Assembly: GCA_031415135.1 (NCBI GenBank)
Contig: JANORB010000038.1
Span: 22,139-86,138, forward strand
Direction: 5' to 3'
Length of the DNA stretch: 64,000 nt
DNA from: Methylibium sp.
Lineage (GTDB): Bacteria > Pseudomonadota > Gammaproteobacteria > Burkholderiales > Burkholderiaceae_C
Shown: one piece after another, positions 10,639 through 22,400 of the stretch
How the letters are laid out: each line of letters opens with the position of its first letter
Position numbering within the stretch: position 1 is the first letter of the stretch
Program-made: the position numbers and the translations under genes
Notes under the pieces: model-generated
Told to the model about the DNA's origin: nothing
The model's input: the letters and a program-made list of their open reading frames with translations, nothing else
Databases searched by the model: none

Positions 10639-11274
10639 CTATTTCTGGACGGTCACCAACGCCGCCTCGATGCCCCCGCCCTTGAGCTTTTCACGCGCCG
10701 CCTCAGCGTCGGCCTTCTTGTCGAACGGGCCGATTCGCACCCTGTACATCGTGCGCCCGGACTGCTCGCGTTCGGTCAGTCGCGCCTCGAATCCCAGCAT
10801 CGCCAACTTGGCGCGTTGTTGTTCGGCATCCTCGGTGCGGGCATAGGCACCCGCCTGCACCAGGTAAGTGAACGGGTCGACACCGGGTTTGGTGGACGCG
10901 GGCGGCGGAACTTTGGCGCCGGCGGCCGATGCCGCAGCGTCGCCGGTGGCGGCCGGCCGAGCCGCTGCGACCGCTCCCGGGGTGGCAGCCGCCGCACCCA
11001 GCGGCGGCGCAGGCAGGGCCACGGCACTCGCCGCCGACCCGGGCTTGACGGCTGACTTGCCGTGCAACGGGCCATTCGGGTCCCAGTTCTTGTTCTTCTC
11101 GACCTCCGCCGCGTCCTGCTCGGCCGAGCGCTGGTGAACCTTGTTCAGGAACGGCACCGGCACCTTGGTGACGTACAGCGCCACGCTGAGCGCCAGCGCC
11201 AGTCCGATCAGCAGGCCGACGACCATGCCGATGACAAATCCGCCACGTTGAGACTGCTTCGCGCGTTCATTCAT
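10639..11274 (-). CDS. SPOR domain-containing protein (FtsN-like)
   Basis: N-terminal TM helix, Ala/Pro linker, and C-terminal SPOR fold sequence [30 protein letters not shown]...YRVRIGPF. Confidence 0.85.
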   Translation of the reverse strand: MNERAKQSQRGGFVIGMVVGLLIGLALALSVALYVTKVPVPFLNKVHQRSAEQDAAEVEKNKNWDPNGPLHGKSAVKPGSAASAVALPAPPLGAAAATPGAVAAARPAATGDAAASAAGAKVPPPASTKPGVDPFTYLVQAGAYARTEDAEQQRAKLAMLGFEARLTEREQSGRTMYRVRIGPFDKKADAEAAREKLKGGGIEAALVTVQK

Positions 11275-12974
11275 GGCTTGTCCAACTCCCTGTTCAGTCG
11301 CAGTGGGGCGCTCACGCCGAGGACGGCGAGCGCGTTGTGAATCACTTGTCGCGTGGCGGTCAGCAGCGCCAGCCGCGCGCGGGTCAATTCCTCGTCGTCG
11401 ACCAGGAAGCGTTCGGCGGCGTAATAGCTGTGCAAGCTGCCCGCCAGCTCACGCAGGTAAAACGCCACGTCGTGGGGCGCCAGGCTGGCGGCCGCGTTGG
11501 CCAGCATGGGCGCGAAATCGGCCAGCTTGAGCATCAGCGCCGCTTCGCTCGGCGCAGTGAGCAGGGTCAGGTCGGCGGCGGCCAGGGAGCCGGGGTCACC
11601 GCCCTTGTCGACGAATTGCCGAATCACCGAGCAGATGCGCGCGTGTGCGTACTGAACATAGAACACCGGGTTCTCGTCGTTCGCCTTCAGCGCCAGGTCC
11701 ACGTCGAACGTGAACTCGGTGTCGGCCTTGCGGCTGATCAGGAAAAATCGGACCGCGTCCTTGCTGGTCCAGTCGATCAGGTCGCGCAGCGTCACATAGC
11801 TGCCGGCGCGCTTGGAGATCTTGACCTCCTCGCCGCCGCGCATCACCGTGACCATCTTGTGCAGCAGGTAGTCGGGAAAGCCGGGTGGCGCGCCCAGGCC
11901 CGCAGCCTGCACGCCGGCGCGCACCCGGGCGATGGTGCCGTGGTGGTCGCCGCCCTGGATGTTGATGGCCTTGTCGTAACCGCGCTCGAACTTGGCCAGG
12001 TGGTAGGCCACATCGGGCACGAAGTAGGTGTAGCTGCCGTCCGACTTGCGCATGACACGATCCTTGTCGTCACCATCGTCGGTGGTGCGCAGCCACAGGG
12101 CACCGTCCTGCTCGTAGGTTCTGCCGGCGGCGACCAGGCGCTTCACCGTGTCTTCGACCCGCCCGCTGGTGTACAGGCTGGACTCCAGAAAATAGTGATC
12201 GAAACGCAGGCCGAAGGCCAGCAGGTCCAGGTCTTGTTCATGCCGCAGGTAGGCCACGGCAAACTGGCGAATGCTGTCGAGGTCGTCCGGGTTGCCGCTC
12301 GCGGTGAACTCGCGGTCGTCGGCCTTGACGGTCTTGCGCGCCATGAAGTCGGCGGCGATGTCGGCGATGTAGTCGCCGTTGTAGGCCGACGCCGGCCACG
12401 CCGCGTCGCCGGGCTTGTGGCCGAGCAGCCGCGCCTGCACCGACGCCGCCAGCGTGGCGATCTGCACGCCGGCGTCGTTGTAATAGAACTCGCGGGTGAC
12501 GCGCCAGCCCTGGGTCTCGAACAGGTGGCACAGCGCGTCGCCCAGGGCGGCCTGGCGCGCATGGCCCAGGTGCAACGGGCCGGTGGGATTGGCCGACACG
12601 AATTCCACCAGCACCCGCTTGCCGTTCGGCGCGCACCAACCAAACCGGTCGCCGGCCTGCAAGACCTCGGCGACCACGGCCTGTTTCGCGGCGGCCTTGA
12701 GGCGCAGGTTGATGAAGCCGGGCCCGGCGATCTCCAGGCCGTCGACCCAGCGCCGCACAGCCGGCTGGTCGCGCAACGCATCAATCAGCGCCTGCGCGAC
12801 CTCCCGTGGGCTTTTTTTCAGCGGCTTGGCCAGTTGCATCGCCACGGTGCATGCCAGATCGCCATGCGCTGCCTGTTTGGGAGACTCGAAGGCCGGTGTC
12901 GCGGTGGCCTGCGGGTCGACCTGGAGGATGGCCGTGCCCAGTGCATCGAGCAGGTCCTGTTTCGCTTGGATCAT
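11271..12974 (-). CDS. argS: arginine--tRNA ligase
   Basis: HIGH-type motif [20 protein letters not shown] and MSKR-like KISKRAG. Length 567 aa. Confidence 0.96.
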   Translation of the reverse strand: MIQAKQDLLDALGTAILQVDPQATATPAFESPKQAAHGDLACTVAMQLAKPLKKSPREVAQALIDALRDQPAVRRWVDGLEIAGPGFINLRLKAAAKQAVVAEVLQAGDRFGWCAPNGKRVLVEFVSANPTGPLHLGHARQAALGDALCHLFETQGWRVTREFYYNDAGVQIATLAASVQARLLGHKPGDAAWPASAYNGDYIADIAADFMARKTVKADDREFTASGNPDDLDSIRQFAVAYLRHEQDLDLLAFGLRFDHYFLESSLYTSGRVEDTVKRLVAAGRTYEQDGALWLRTTDDGDDKDRVMRKSDGSYTYFVPDVAYHLAKFERGYDKAINIQGGDHHGTIARVRAGVQAAGLGAPPGFPDYLLHKMVTVMRGGEEVKISKRAGSYVTLRDLIDWTSKDAVRFFLISRKADTEFTFDVDLALKANDENPVFYVQYAHARICSVIRQFVDKGGDPGSLAAADLTLLTAPSEAALMLKLADFAPMLANAAASLAPHDVAFYLRELAGSLHSYYAAERFLVDDEELTRARLALLTATRQVIHNALAVLGVSAPLRLNRELDKP

Positions 12975-13119
12975 GAACCGATTCTACGGTTGGCATGTTG
13001 GTCGCCTGCCGGCACTCCCGGTGGGCGGAATACACCCCGAATGCCGGCTTCTTTCGGCACGGGCTGCAGGCGGCGTCGTGCCATGATGTTCGCTTTGGCG
13101 TGCTGCCCGGCCAACTTTC

Positions 13120-14481
13120 ATGCAGAGTTCCATCACCCTCCCACTGGACCGTGTTCCCGACGGCACGACGATGCCGGCGCAGATCGGCAAGTACCGCGTG
13201 CTCGGCAAGCTCGGCGAAGGCGCGACCAGCGAGGTCTTCTTGTGCCGCGACGATTTTCGCGGCCGCGACGTGGCGGTCAAGCGGGTGCGCGTCAGCGCCG
13301 TCGGCGACCCGATGGAGGGGCGCTATTTCGAGCGCTTCTTTGCCGCCGAGGCGGCCCTGGTCGGCCAGCTCCAGCACCCCAACGTGGTGCAGATCTTCGA
13401 CGCCGTGCCCGACCCGGAGCAACCCTATCTGGTGATGGAGTACGTGGCCGGCAGCACGCTGCGGCCGTACTGCCGGGCCGACCAGTTGTTGTCGCTGGAG
13501 ATGATCGTGGAGATCGGCTTCAAGTGCGCGATGGCGCTGGACTACGTGTTTCGCAAGGGCTTGATCCACCGCGACGTGAAGCCGGCCAACCTGCTGGTGT
13601 CGCTGGTCAACGGCAACGTCACCGGGGTGAAGGTCAGCGACTTCGGCAGCGCCCTCAACCTCGACTCCGACCTAACCCAGGTGCACCGGGTCGGCTCACT
13701 GGCCTACATCGCGCCTGAACAACTCGAGGGCGGCACGCTGGACTGCCGCGCCGACATGTACTCGCTGGCCGCGGTGATGTACCACTTGATCGCCGGCCGC
13801 CCGCCGCTGGACGCACCGGCGCACGCGGCGATGATGCACCAGGTCTACCACGCGCGGCCCGATTCGCTGGTGCCGCTGCGCGCCGGCGTCACCGAAGGGC
13901 TGGACGGCGTGATCCAGCGCGCTTTGGCCAAGAAGCCGGAAGACCGCTTTCGCAATTGGGATGAATTTGCGCAGGCCCTGGCCGGCCTGATCACCAACCG
14001 GCTGGTGCCGCGCGCCCAGGCCCAGGGCGTGCTCGACTCGGAGCGTTTCAACCTGCTGCGCACGCTGGAGTTTTTTGCCGGCTTCGGCGACGTGGAGCTG
14101 TGGGAAGTGGTTCACCGCGCCAGGTGGGAGCGCTTTCACTTCGGGCACGCGCTGTACCGCCGGGGTGAGGAGGGGCGCAGCTTTCACGTCATTGCCCATG
14201 GCGAGGTGGAGGTGTTTCGCGAAGGGCAACTGGTGGCGCAACTTGGGGTGGGCACCTCGGTGGGTGAAATGGCCTACCTGGCCCCCAGCAAGGGCCTGCG
14301 GCGCCACAGTGCCGACGTGATCGTGGCCAAGACCGCCACCACCATCTCGTTCACACCGGAGACCATGGCCCAGCTCAGCCCCGGGGGCCGCCACCTGTTC
14401 GACCAGGCATTCATCCATGTGCTGGTGCGGCGGCTGCACGCGGCGCACGAATCGCTGGCCCATCCGCGGCGCATTCTCTGA
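13120..14481 (+). CDS. Ser/Thr protein kinase fused to a C-terminal cyclic-nucleotide-binding domain
   Basis: GKLGEGATSEV...VAVK, HRDVKPANLL, SDFGSA and APEQ are Hanks kinase motifs. The C-terminal ~120 aa (FAGFGDVELWEV...FHVIAHGEVEVF...GVGTSVGEMAYL) resemble a cNMP-binding beta-barrel. Confidence 0.85.
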   Translation: MQSSITLPLDRVPDGTTMPAQIGKYRVLGKLGEGATSEVFLCRDDFRGRDVAVKRVRVSAVGDPMEGRYFERFFAAEAALVGQLQHPNVVQIFDAVPDPEQPYLVMEYVAGSTLRPYCRADQLLSLEMIVEIGFKCAMALDYVFRKGLIHRDVKPANLLVSLVNGNVTGVKVSDFGSALNLDSDLTQVHRVGSLAYIAPEQLEGGTLDCRADMYSLAAVMYHLIAGRPPLDAPAHAAMMHQVYHARPDSLVPLRAGVTEGLDGVIQRALAKKPEDRFRNWDEFAQALAGLITNRLVPRAQAQGVLDSERFNLLRTLEFFAGFGDVELWEVVHRARWERFHFGHALYRRGEEGRSFHVIAHGEVEVFREGQLVAQLGVGTSVGEMAYLAPSKGLRRHSADVIVAKTATTISFTPETMAQLSPGGRHLFDQAFIHVLVRRLHAAHESLAHPRRIL

Positions 14482-14650
14482 AGGCGGGCAGCCCGTGCGG
14501 CAACGCAAGAGCGTGAATCGACCGCGCGGCCGTGGACGCCAAACCACATGCGGGCGCGTTGAGCCTCGGTCTCTTGCTGCCGGCAAGCGCTGCATGCTCC
14601 AATGCCGGGCGGCAATCCAGCCCACCGTCCCAAGCCAATCAGGAGACTCC

Positions 14651-14941
14651 ATGAAACACATCATCACCGCTCTGGCCCTGTGGGCGGCCGCCTTGTCCAC
14701 GTCGGCTTTCGCCAATGCGCACAAGGAAGCGCCGAACATGCAAAACAACAAGATGGGCGAGTGCAACAACGATGCCGGTGACAAGAAAGGCGACGAGCGC
14801 AAGGCTTTCATGAAGACCTGCCTGTCCGCCAAGAAGGCCAGCCAGCAAGAGAAGATGAAGGCCTGCAACGCCGACCCCAAGGCCAAGGCCTCCAAGGGCG
14901 ACGAGCGCAAGGCCTTCATGAAGGAATGCCTCAGCAAGTAA
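14651..14941 (+). CDS. PsiF-repeat family secreted protein
   Basis: AGGAG RBS 7 nt upstream and a signal peptide. Two repeats of C-x-DERKAFMK-CLS. Confidence 0.6.
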   Translation: MKHIITALALWAAALSTSAFANAHKEAPNMQNNKMGECNNDAGDKKGDERKAFMKTCLSAKKASQQEKMKACNADPKAKASKGDERKAFMKECLSK

Positions 14942-14963
14942 GCGACGGCATCGCTGAACAAGG

Positions 14964-14985
14964 GCCCGCTCGATGCGGGCTTTTT
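14964..14985. terminator. rho-independent terminator shared by convergent genes
   Basis: GCCCGC-tcgat-GCGGGC followed by TTTTT. Lies between the psiF-like stop and the LysR stop. Confidence 0.65.
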
Positions 14986-15905
14986 CATGCGTGCGTATCG
15001 GGTGCGCTCCAGTACGTCGCATCACCATAGGTGTGCTTCAGAAAATCGATCCACAAGCGCACCCGCAAGGGCAGGTGCTTGGCGTGGGGGAACACCGCGT
15101 AGATGCCGTTCGGCGGCGCCGCGAAGTCTTCCAGCACGTTGACCAGATGCCCGGCGACAACTTCTTTCTCGACTTCCCAGGTCGAGCGCCAGGCCAGCCC
15201 CATGCCGGCGACACACCAGTCGTGCAGCACCTGGCCGTCGCTGCAATCGAGCCGGCCGCTGGGCCGCAGGTGCGTCACGGCGCCATCGACGACGAAGGCC
15301 CAGCCGCGGCTCTGGCTGGCGTCGCTGCTCAGCGTCAGGCATTGGTGGCGCATCAAGTCGTTGGGGTGCTTCGGTGTGCCTGAGCGCCTCAGGTAGGCCG
15401 GTGTGGCCACGCACAAGCGGCGGTTGTCGGCCAGCCGAACGCTGACCAGGCTGCTGTCGGGCAGGTCGCCCACCCGCACGGCGCAGTCGACGCCTTCATT
15501 GACGATGTCCACCACCCGGTCGCTCAGGTTGAGCGACACATTCACATCCGGGTGCATGGCCAGGAAGCGCGGCACCAGCGGCGCCACGTGGCGCCGCCCG
15601 AAACCGGCCGGCGCGGTGACGCGAAGATAGCCGCTGGCCTTGACGCCGCCCGCGCTGACACTGGCTTCAGCATTGGCAAAATCTGCGAGCAAGCGCTGAC
15701 AATCTTCGAGAAAGGCGCTGCCTTCGTGGGTCAGCGTGATCTTGCGCGTGGTGCGCACCAGCAATTTCACGCCCAGCCGCTGCTCCAGTGCATCGATGCG
15801 CCGGCCGATCACTGCGGGGGCGACACCTTCGGCGTGGGCGGCTGCCGTCAGGCTGCCACGGGTCGAGACCGAAACAAACGATTCGATCTGCTTGAGTTTG
15901 TCCAT
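14985..15905 (-). CDS. LysR-family transcriptional regulator
   Basis: N-terminal HTH (FVSVSTRGSLTAAAHAEGVAPAVIGRRIDALEQRLGVKLLVRTTR) plus a LysR substrate-binding domain. Confidence 0.92.
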   Translation of the reverse strand: MDKLKQIESFVSVSTRGSLTAAAHAEGVAPAVIGRRIDALEQRLGVKLLVRTTRKITLTHEGSAFLEDCQRLLADFANAEASVSAGGVKASGYLRVTAPAGFGRRHVAPLVPRFLAMHPDVNVSLNLSDRVVDIVNEGVDCAVRVGDLPDSSLVSVRLADNRRLCVATPAYLRRSGTPKHPNDLMRHQCLTLSSDASQSRGWAFVVDGAVTHLRPSGRLDCSDGQVLHDWCVAGMGLAWRSTWEVEKEVVAGHLVNVLEDFAAPPNGIYAVFPHAKHLPLRVRLWIDFLKHTYGDATYWSAPDTHA

Positions 15906-15959
15906 GCGTGAAGACTACGCTCGGCCGGGTTGTTAATCAAATCTCCTGGGTCTCAGTTA

Positions 15960-15975
15960 GTGCAGTGAAATGCAC
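15960..15975. promoter_or_regulatory. candidate LysR-type operator in divergent intergenic region
   Basis: Inverted repeat GTGCA-gtgaaa-TGCAC between the LysR gene and the HAD/aceB genes. Confidence 0.3.
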
Positions 15976-16067
15976 GCAATGCGACGGCTGGATTGTTGCG
16001 CATTCGTCACAAATCCAGGCGTTCCGACGCCACTAATGGGGTCGGCCGCATCGCATAGATTCGCTCC

Positions 16068-16760
16068 ATGGCGGCCTCCGCAACATCCACATCCATCGCC
16101 CCGTCGGCCGTGCTGTTCGACGCGTATGGAACGCTGTTCGACGTCTACAGCGTCGGCCTGCTGGCCGAGCAGTTGTTTCCCGGCTTCGGCGAGCGCCTGG
16201 CGCTGCTGTGGCGCGACAAGCAGATCGAGTATTCCCGGCTGGCTTCGATGAGCGGGCGCTACCGCCCGTTCTGGGACATCACCCGCGCGGCGCTGCGGTT
16301 TGCCGCGTTGCGCCTGGGCCTCACGCTGGATGCCGGCGCCGAAGACCGGCTGATGAACCAGTACCGGCACCTCAGCGCCTTTCCCGAGAACCGTGACGTG
16401 CTGGCCGAATTGAAGCGGCGCGGCATCCCGGCCGGCATCCTCAGCAACGGCGACCCGGACATGCTGGCCGTGGCGGTCAAGAGCGCCGGCTTCCATGGGC
16501 TGCTCGATCCGGTGCTCAGCGTGCACGCAACGCGCAAGTTCAAGACCGACCCGGCCACCTATGCGTTGGGAACCGCCGCGCTGGGCCTGCCCGCGGCGCA
16601 GATCCTGTTCGTCTCCAGCAACGGCTGGGACGCCATCGGTGCCACCTGGTTCGGCTACACCACGCTGTGGGTCAACCGTGCCGGAGCGCCGCTGGAGCAA
16701 CTCGACACCCCGCCCACGCGCACCGGCACCAGCCTGCGCGACGTGCTGGCCTTTTTCTGA
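16068..16760 (+). CDS. haloacid dehalogenase type II (HAD superfamily)
   Basis: Motif I FDAYGTLFDV, then SNG... and the distal HAD motifs. Length 230 aa. Confidence 0.85.
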   Translation: MAASATSTSIAPSAVLFDAYGTLFDVYSVGLLAEQLFPGFGERLALLWRDKQIEYSRLASMSGRYRPFWDITRAALRFAALRLGLTLDAGAEDRLMNQYRHLSAFPENRDVLAELKRRGIPAGILSNGDPDMLAVAVKSAGFHGLLDPVLSVHATRKFKTDPATYALGTAALGLPAAQILFVSSNGWDAIGATWFGYTTLWVNRAGAPLEQLDTPPTRTGTSLRDVLAFF

Positions 16761-16780
16761 ACCTCGCTGGAGAGAACCAC

Positions 16781-18376
<1,596 letters not shown>

Positions 18377-18378
18377 AG

Positions 18379-19119
18379 TCAGGTCAACGTCGGCTGCGGC
18401 AACATCCTGCGCAGCGCCTCGAAGAACAGGTCCGACTGTTCGCGCTCGCCCTGAATCTGCGCCGCCACGCGCATCGAAAGCGCGGCATTCACCGGCGCCA
18501 GCGGCAGCCCGGTGGACGCCGCCAGCACCTGGTGCATGCAGGTGCGCTCCAGGTAGTACAAGTCGTCGTAGGCATGGGCGATGCGCATGCCGGTGACGAT
18601 GACACCGTGATTGGCCAGAAACGCCACGTCCCTGCCCTGCATCGCCCGCGCGATTCGTTCGCCCTCGGCCGCATCGAGCGCCAGGCCGTTGTAGCCGCTG
18701 TCCACCGCAATCCGCCCCATGAAGCGCATCGCGCCCTGGCTGAGGGTCGGGTCGAGCGCGCGGGCTGCGGTCAGCGTCAACGCGGTGGCATACGGCATGT
18801 GGGTGTGCAACACCACCGCCTGGCCGGTGAAACGATGCACCGCGGCGTGAATGAACATGGCGGTGGGCTCGACGCGGTGGCGGCCTTCGAGCACCACCCC
18901 GTCCCCATCCACCAGCACGATGTCGCCGGCCCCGATCTCGCTCCAGTGCAGCCCGCGCGGATTGATCAGGAAGCGCTGCGAATCATCCGGCAGCGCGACG
19001 CTGAAATGGTTGCAGACGCCTTCGGACAAGCCATGGTGGGCGGCGGCGCGCAGCGCCAGGGCCAGGTCTTGCTTGAGGGCGGGCAGTGGGTCTTGGACAA
19101 TCTCGCGAACAGTGGACAT
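18379..19119 (-). CDS. class II aldolase/adducin-family protein
   Basis: NHFSVAL...INPRGLHWSEI...VLHTHMPYATAL, with the His-rich metal site typical of Aldolase_II. Confidence 0.8.
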   Translation of the reverse strand: MSTVREIVQDPLPALKQDLALALRAAAHHGLSEGVCNHFSVALPDDSQRFLINPRGLHWSEIGAGDIVLVDGDGVVLEGRHRVEPTAMFIHAAVHRFTGQAVVLHTHMPYATALTLTAARALDPTLSQGAMRFMGRIAVDSGYNGLALDAAEGERIARAMQGRDVAFLANHGVIVTGMRIAHAYDDLYYLERTCMHQVLAASTGLPLAPVNAALSMRVAAQIQGEREQSDLFFEALRRMLPQPTLT

Positions 19120-19419
19120 TGAGTAACTCCAGGTCGGTGGTCGTCAACTTTCTCACAACTCCGAGAAGTGAACGGGTGCCTCCGCCGCGCGTGAGGATGC
19201 AAGCTGACCTTTCAATGGCGAACTACATACGGGTGGCTCGGGGCGGGCTCGCTATGCTGCGTCATTCGATGCCAGAGGCGTTCGGTCTGGCACACGCCAT
19301 CCAACATAGCTGCGGTTCGCTTGGCCTCTTTGTATCTGCGTGCAAGCGGTAAGGCGCGCAAGCAGTTGGCTGATGTCGATGTGACACCGCTCGAGCGACA
19401 TAAATGGGGAGAAGGGGCG

Positions 19420-22400
19420 ATGGGTGACGCCAGGGCAGCGCAACCTGCGGAAGATGCCAGACAGAAGGTCGAGAGACTCTTCCAGTTTATTCGTGCGTTC
19501 ACGAACTTTCGGCATCCGCTGCGGCGTCAATTGTCGGACCAGCCCGCCGCAAAGCTGCAGATTGCCTTCGATGCCTTACCCGCGACGAGCGAATGGATCG
19601 AGTCGTGGAGCGGGCCGGAAGATGACCGACGGTGGCTGCTCCGGGTCCGCCTCTGCCCGCCCGACCCATGCCCTCTTCCGCCGCAGCAAATCAAGGACTG
19701 GCTGTTCCCAGGTTGGGAGAAGCACATCGAGACCGCGCGGCACGCGGAGGAAAAGACATTCCGTGGGGCAGACGGCCAAACGGTGATCGAGAGGTTTTCC
19801 GATTCGACCACGCGGCCGGCGGTTTGGCTCGATTGGTCGGCGCAGCGCGAGACTTGGTCCCGGGTGCAGAAGAGGCATGACCCGGTGCGGATGCTGTTCG
19901 CGAATCTGCAGGCCATTCGGGCCGAGCTGCAAAAGCAGTCCGAGCAGGTCGAGTTGGTGCTCGGTGTCGGTCATCTGCGTCACCATTCAGATGGGCAGCA
20001 GTACGATCATCCGCTGGTGCTCAAGCCGATGGGAATTGAGTTTGATGGCCAAACGAACTGCTTCACGTTGACTGAAACTGATCGCGCTACCGAGATATAC
20101 GCGGAGCCCTTGGCAGAGTTGATGGTGGATCTGACTCCTTCGGGGAGTTGGCGAGAATCCTTGCAGGGACTGCATCCGCTGGACTCGCAAGCGGGTGTCA
20201 TCGTCAAGTCCATGGGTGATTGGCTTCGAAGTCAACCAGGGTTCGCAACCGCTCAACTTCCCCTTGCTCCGGTCATTTTCCTGCGTGACAGGGGCGGCTG
20301 GCCTGCGCGCGCAGCCAGCGCGGTACTCGAAGACCTTGCCACTCGCCCAATCGACGATCTGCCGCCATACCTGTTGCGGCTGGTCGGTCTTGCGCCAGCG
20401 GAAACCGATGACGACTCTCAGCTACATGCCGTTGATTTCGTCGCGAACGAATCACCGGACATTTTGTTCGCTCTACCGGCGAACCTCGAACAACTCCAGC
20501 TTGCGATGCAGATCGAACGCAAGGACGTGGTGTTGGTACAAGGGCCACCCGGTACTGGCAAGACCCACACCATTGCGAACCTCCTCGGCCATCTGCTATC
20601 GCAGGGCAAACGCGTGCTTGTCACCAGCCACTCTTCAAAGTCACTTCGCGTGCTACGGGACAAAGTGCCAGAAAACATTCAGTCGCTTTGCGTGAGTGTG
20701 CTGGACGACGCTTCGCGCAGTCGCCGTGAATTGGAGCAGGCAGTCCAATCCATCGCGAAGCGGATGCAGGAAGGCAACTCGAGTCTCTCGCACACAGTTG
20801 ATCGACTGGAGCGCGAACGCGCGGTGCTGCTCGAGAGCATCCAGCGCGCCCGTGCAGATCAGCGACTCTGCGTGCGACGCGAATACGACCCGATCGTGAT
20901 CGCAGGGTCATCGATCGAACCATCCCGCGCTGCGCGTGAGGTCCGTGATGGCGCACGTGACCACGCTTGGATCCCGGGTCCACTGCGGGAGGGTGAACTG
21001 GGCAAGGCTTGTCCCATCTCACCGGGAGATGTTCAGTCCTTGTATTTGAGTCAAGGTCGCATTTCGGCAGCTGACGAAACTCAGTTGGACGCAGGGCTGC
21101 CGACTCCCGGATGGCTGCCCAGCCCGATGGCGTGGCGACAACTGATGGATCAACTCGGCGCGCTTGACGCCGAAGCCCAGCAGATCGAGAGCCCCATTTG
21201 GCTGGGGGTCAATACACCTGTCGAAAAGTTGACATCGCATCTGTCCGTCGCGTCTGCGGCGCAGGACACGTTGAAGCGAATCACAAAACCAGGGCCATGG
21301 TTGATGGCACTGGTCGAGGCTGGAGCAGACGCCGACTGCCTTCCACATGAATGGCAAGAATTGCGGGACTTCGCTGCCCGAGTACAGACCTTCTACTCCA
21401 ACGCACAAGGCGCGTTGTTGGAACATGGCCCAGAGGTGCCGGAGCCGCTTTGCATTGAGGACACGGTTCAACACTTGCGCGATATCAGTGCCCACGTCGC
21501 GCAGGGCCGTGGATTGAAGGTCTACCAGTGGCCCATGAAGGCGCTTGCGCGAGGGCATTGGAAGAAATTGCTCGGTCATGTGCGGTGCAACGGTGAAGTT
21601 CCTTGGCAAGAGAAGCAATTCGACGCGTTGATACGGCACGTCGAGCTTCATCGCGCACGCGCTCGTCTCCGACGACGCTGGAAGCGCCAAGTGCAGGCGC
21701 TGGGCGGACCTCCTCTGCCCGACGCGTGTCCGGAAAAGACCGCCATCGATTGGCTGCCCTATGTCTTGGCGTCGCTTGGATGGTTCAGCCGCTATTGGCG
21801 TCCCGTGACTGAGGCGGCCGGGGCATACGGAAAGACTTGGGCAGAAATTGAATCGCGTTCGCCGCCTCAAGCGGGACAACATCCGCGGATCGCGAGGGCA
21901 CGCATCCTGTTGGACCAGCATCTGGTGCCGGAATGGAAGGCTCAGCTCGCTCGACGTGGAGCTGAAACAATTCGCGTCGAAATCGCGCAGTGGCGCGTTC
22001 GCCTGAATCGTGAAGTGCCGCAAGCCGCGTCACTCGGTGTCGTGGCCGGTATCGATCAGTCGATGTCGACTGTGGATTCCGCAGCGTATTCATCTGCGTT
22101 CGCCGAACTCGAAAGGTTGCGGTTGCTGGAACCAGAGCATCAGCGCCGTGATGCTTCGCTCAAGCAGCTAGCGCGGGGAGCGAGTGAATGGCATCGAATG
22201 CTGACGGACCGAGCCCCTGGGCACGATGCTCCTCTTTCACCTGGGCTTGATCTGGCGGCCGCATGGCGTTGGCGGCAATTGAGTGACGAACTGGTGCAGC
22301 GCTCGACGCTGGATGCCGAGCATGTTGCTGAAAGGCTGCGGCAGTTGACCGCTGCGCTGCAGCGGACGACGGGGGATCTGATTGCCGCGAGATGCTGGGC

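Noticed and set aside
19280-19310. TGGCAC strings (also near 59775), checked as possible sigma-54 -24/-12 promoters.
   Set aside because: None is followed by a TTGC-like -12 element at the correct 5-nt spacing. Most other TGGCAC occurrences are inside coding regions.
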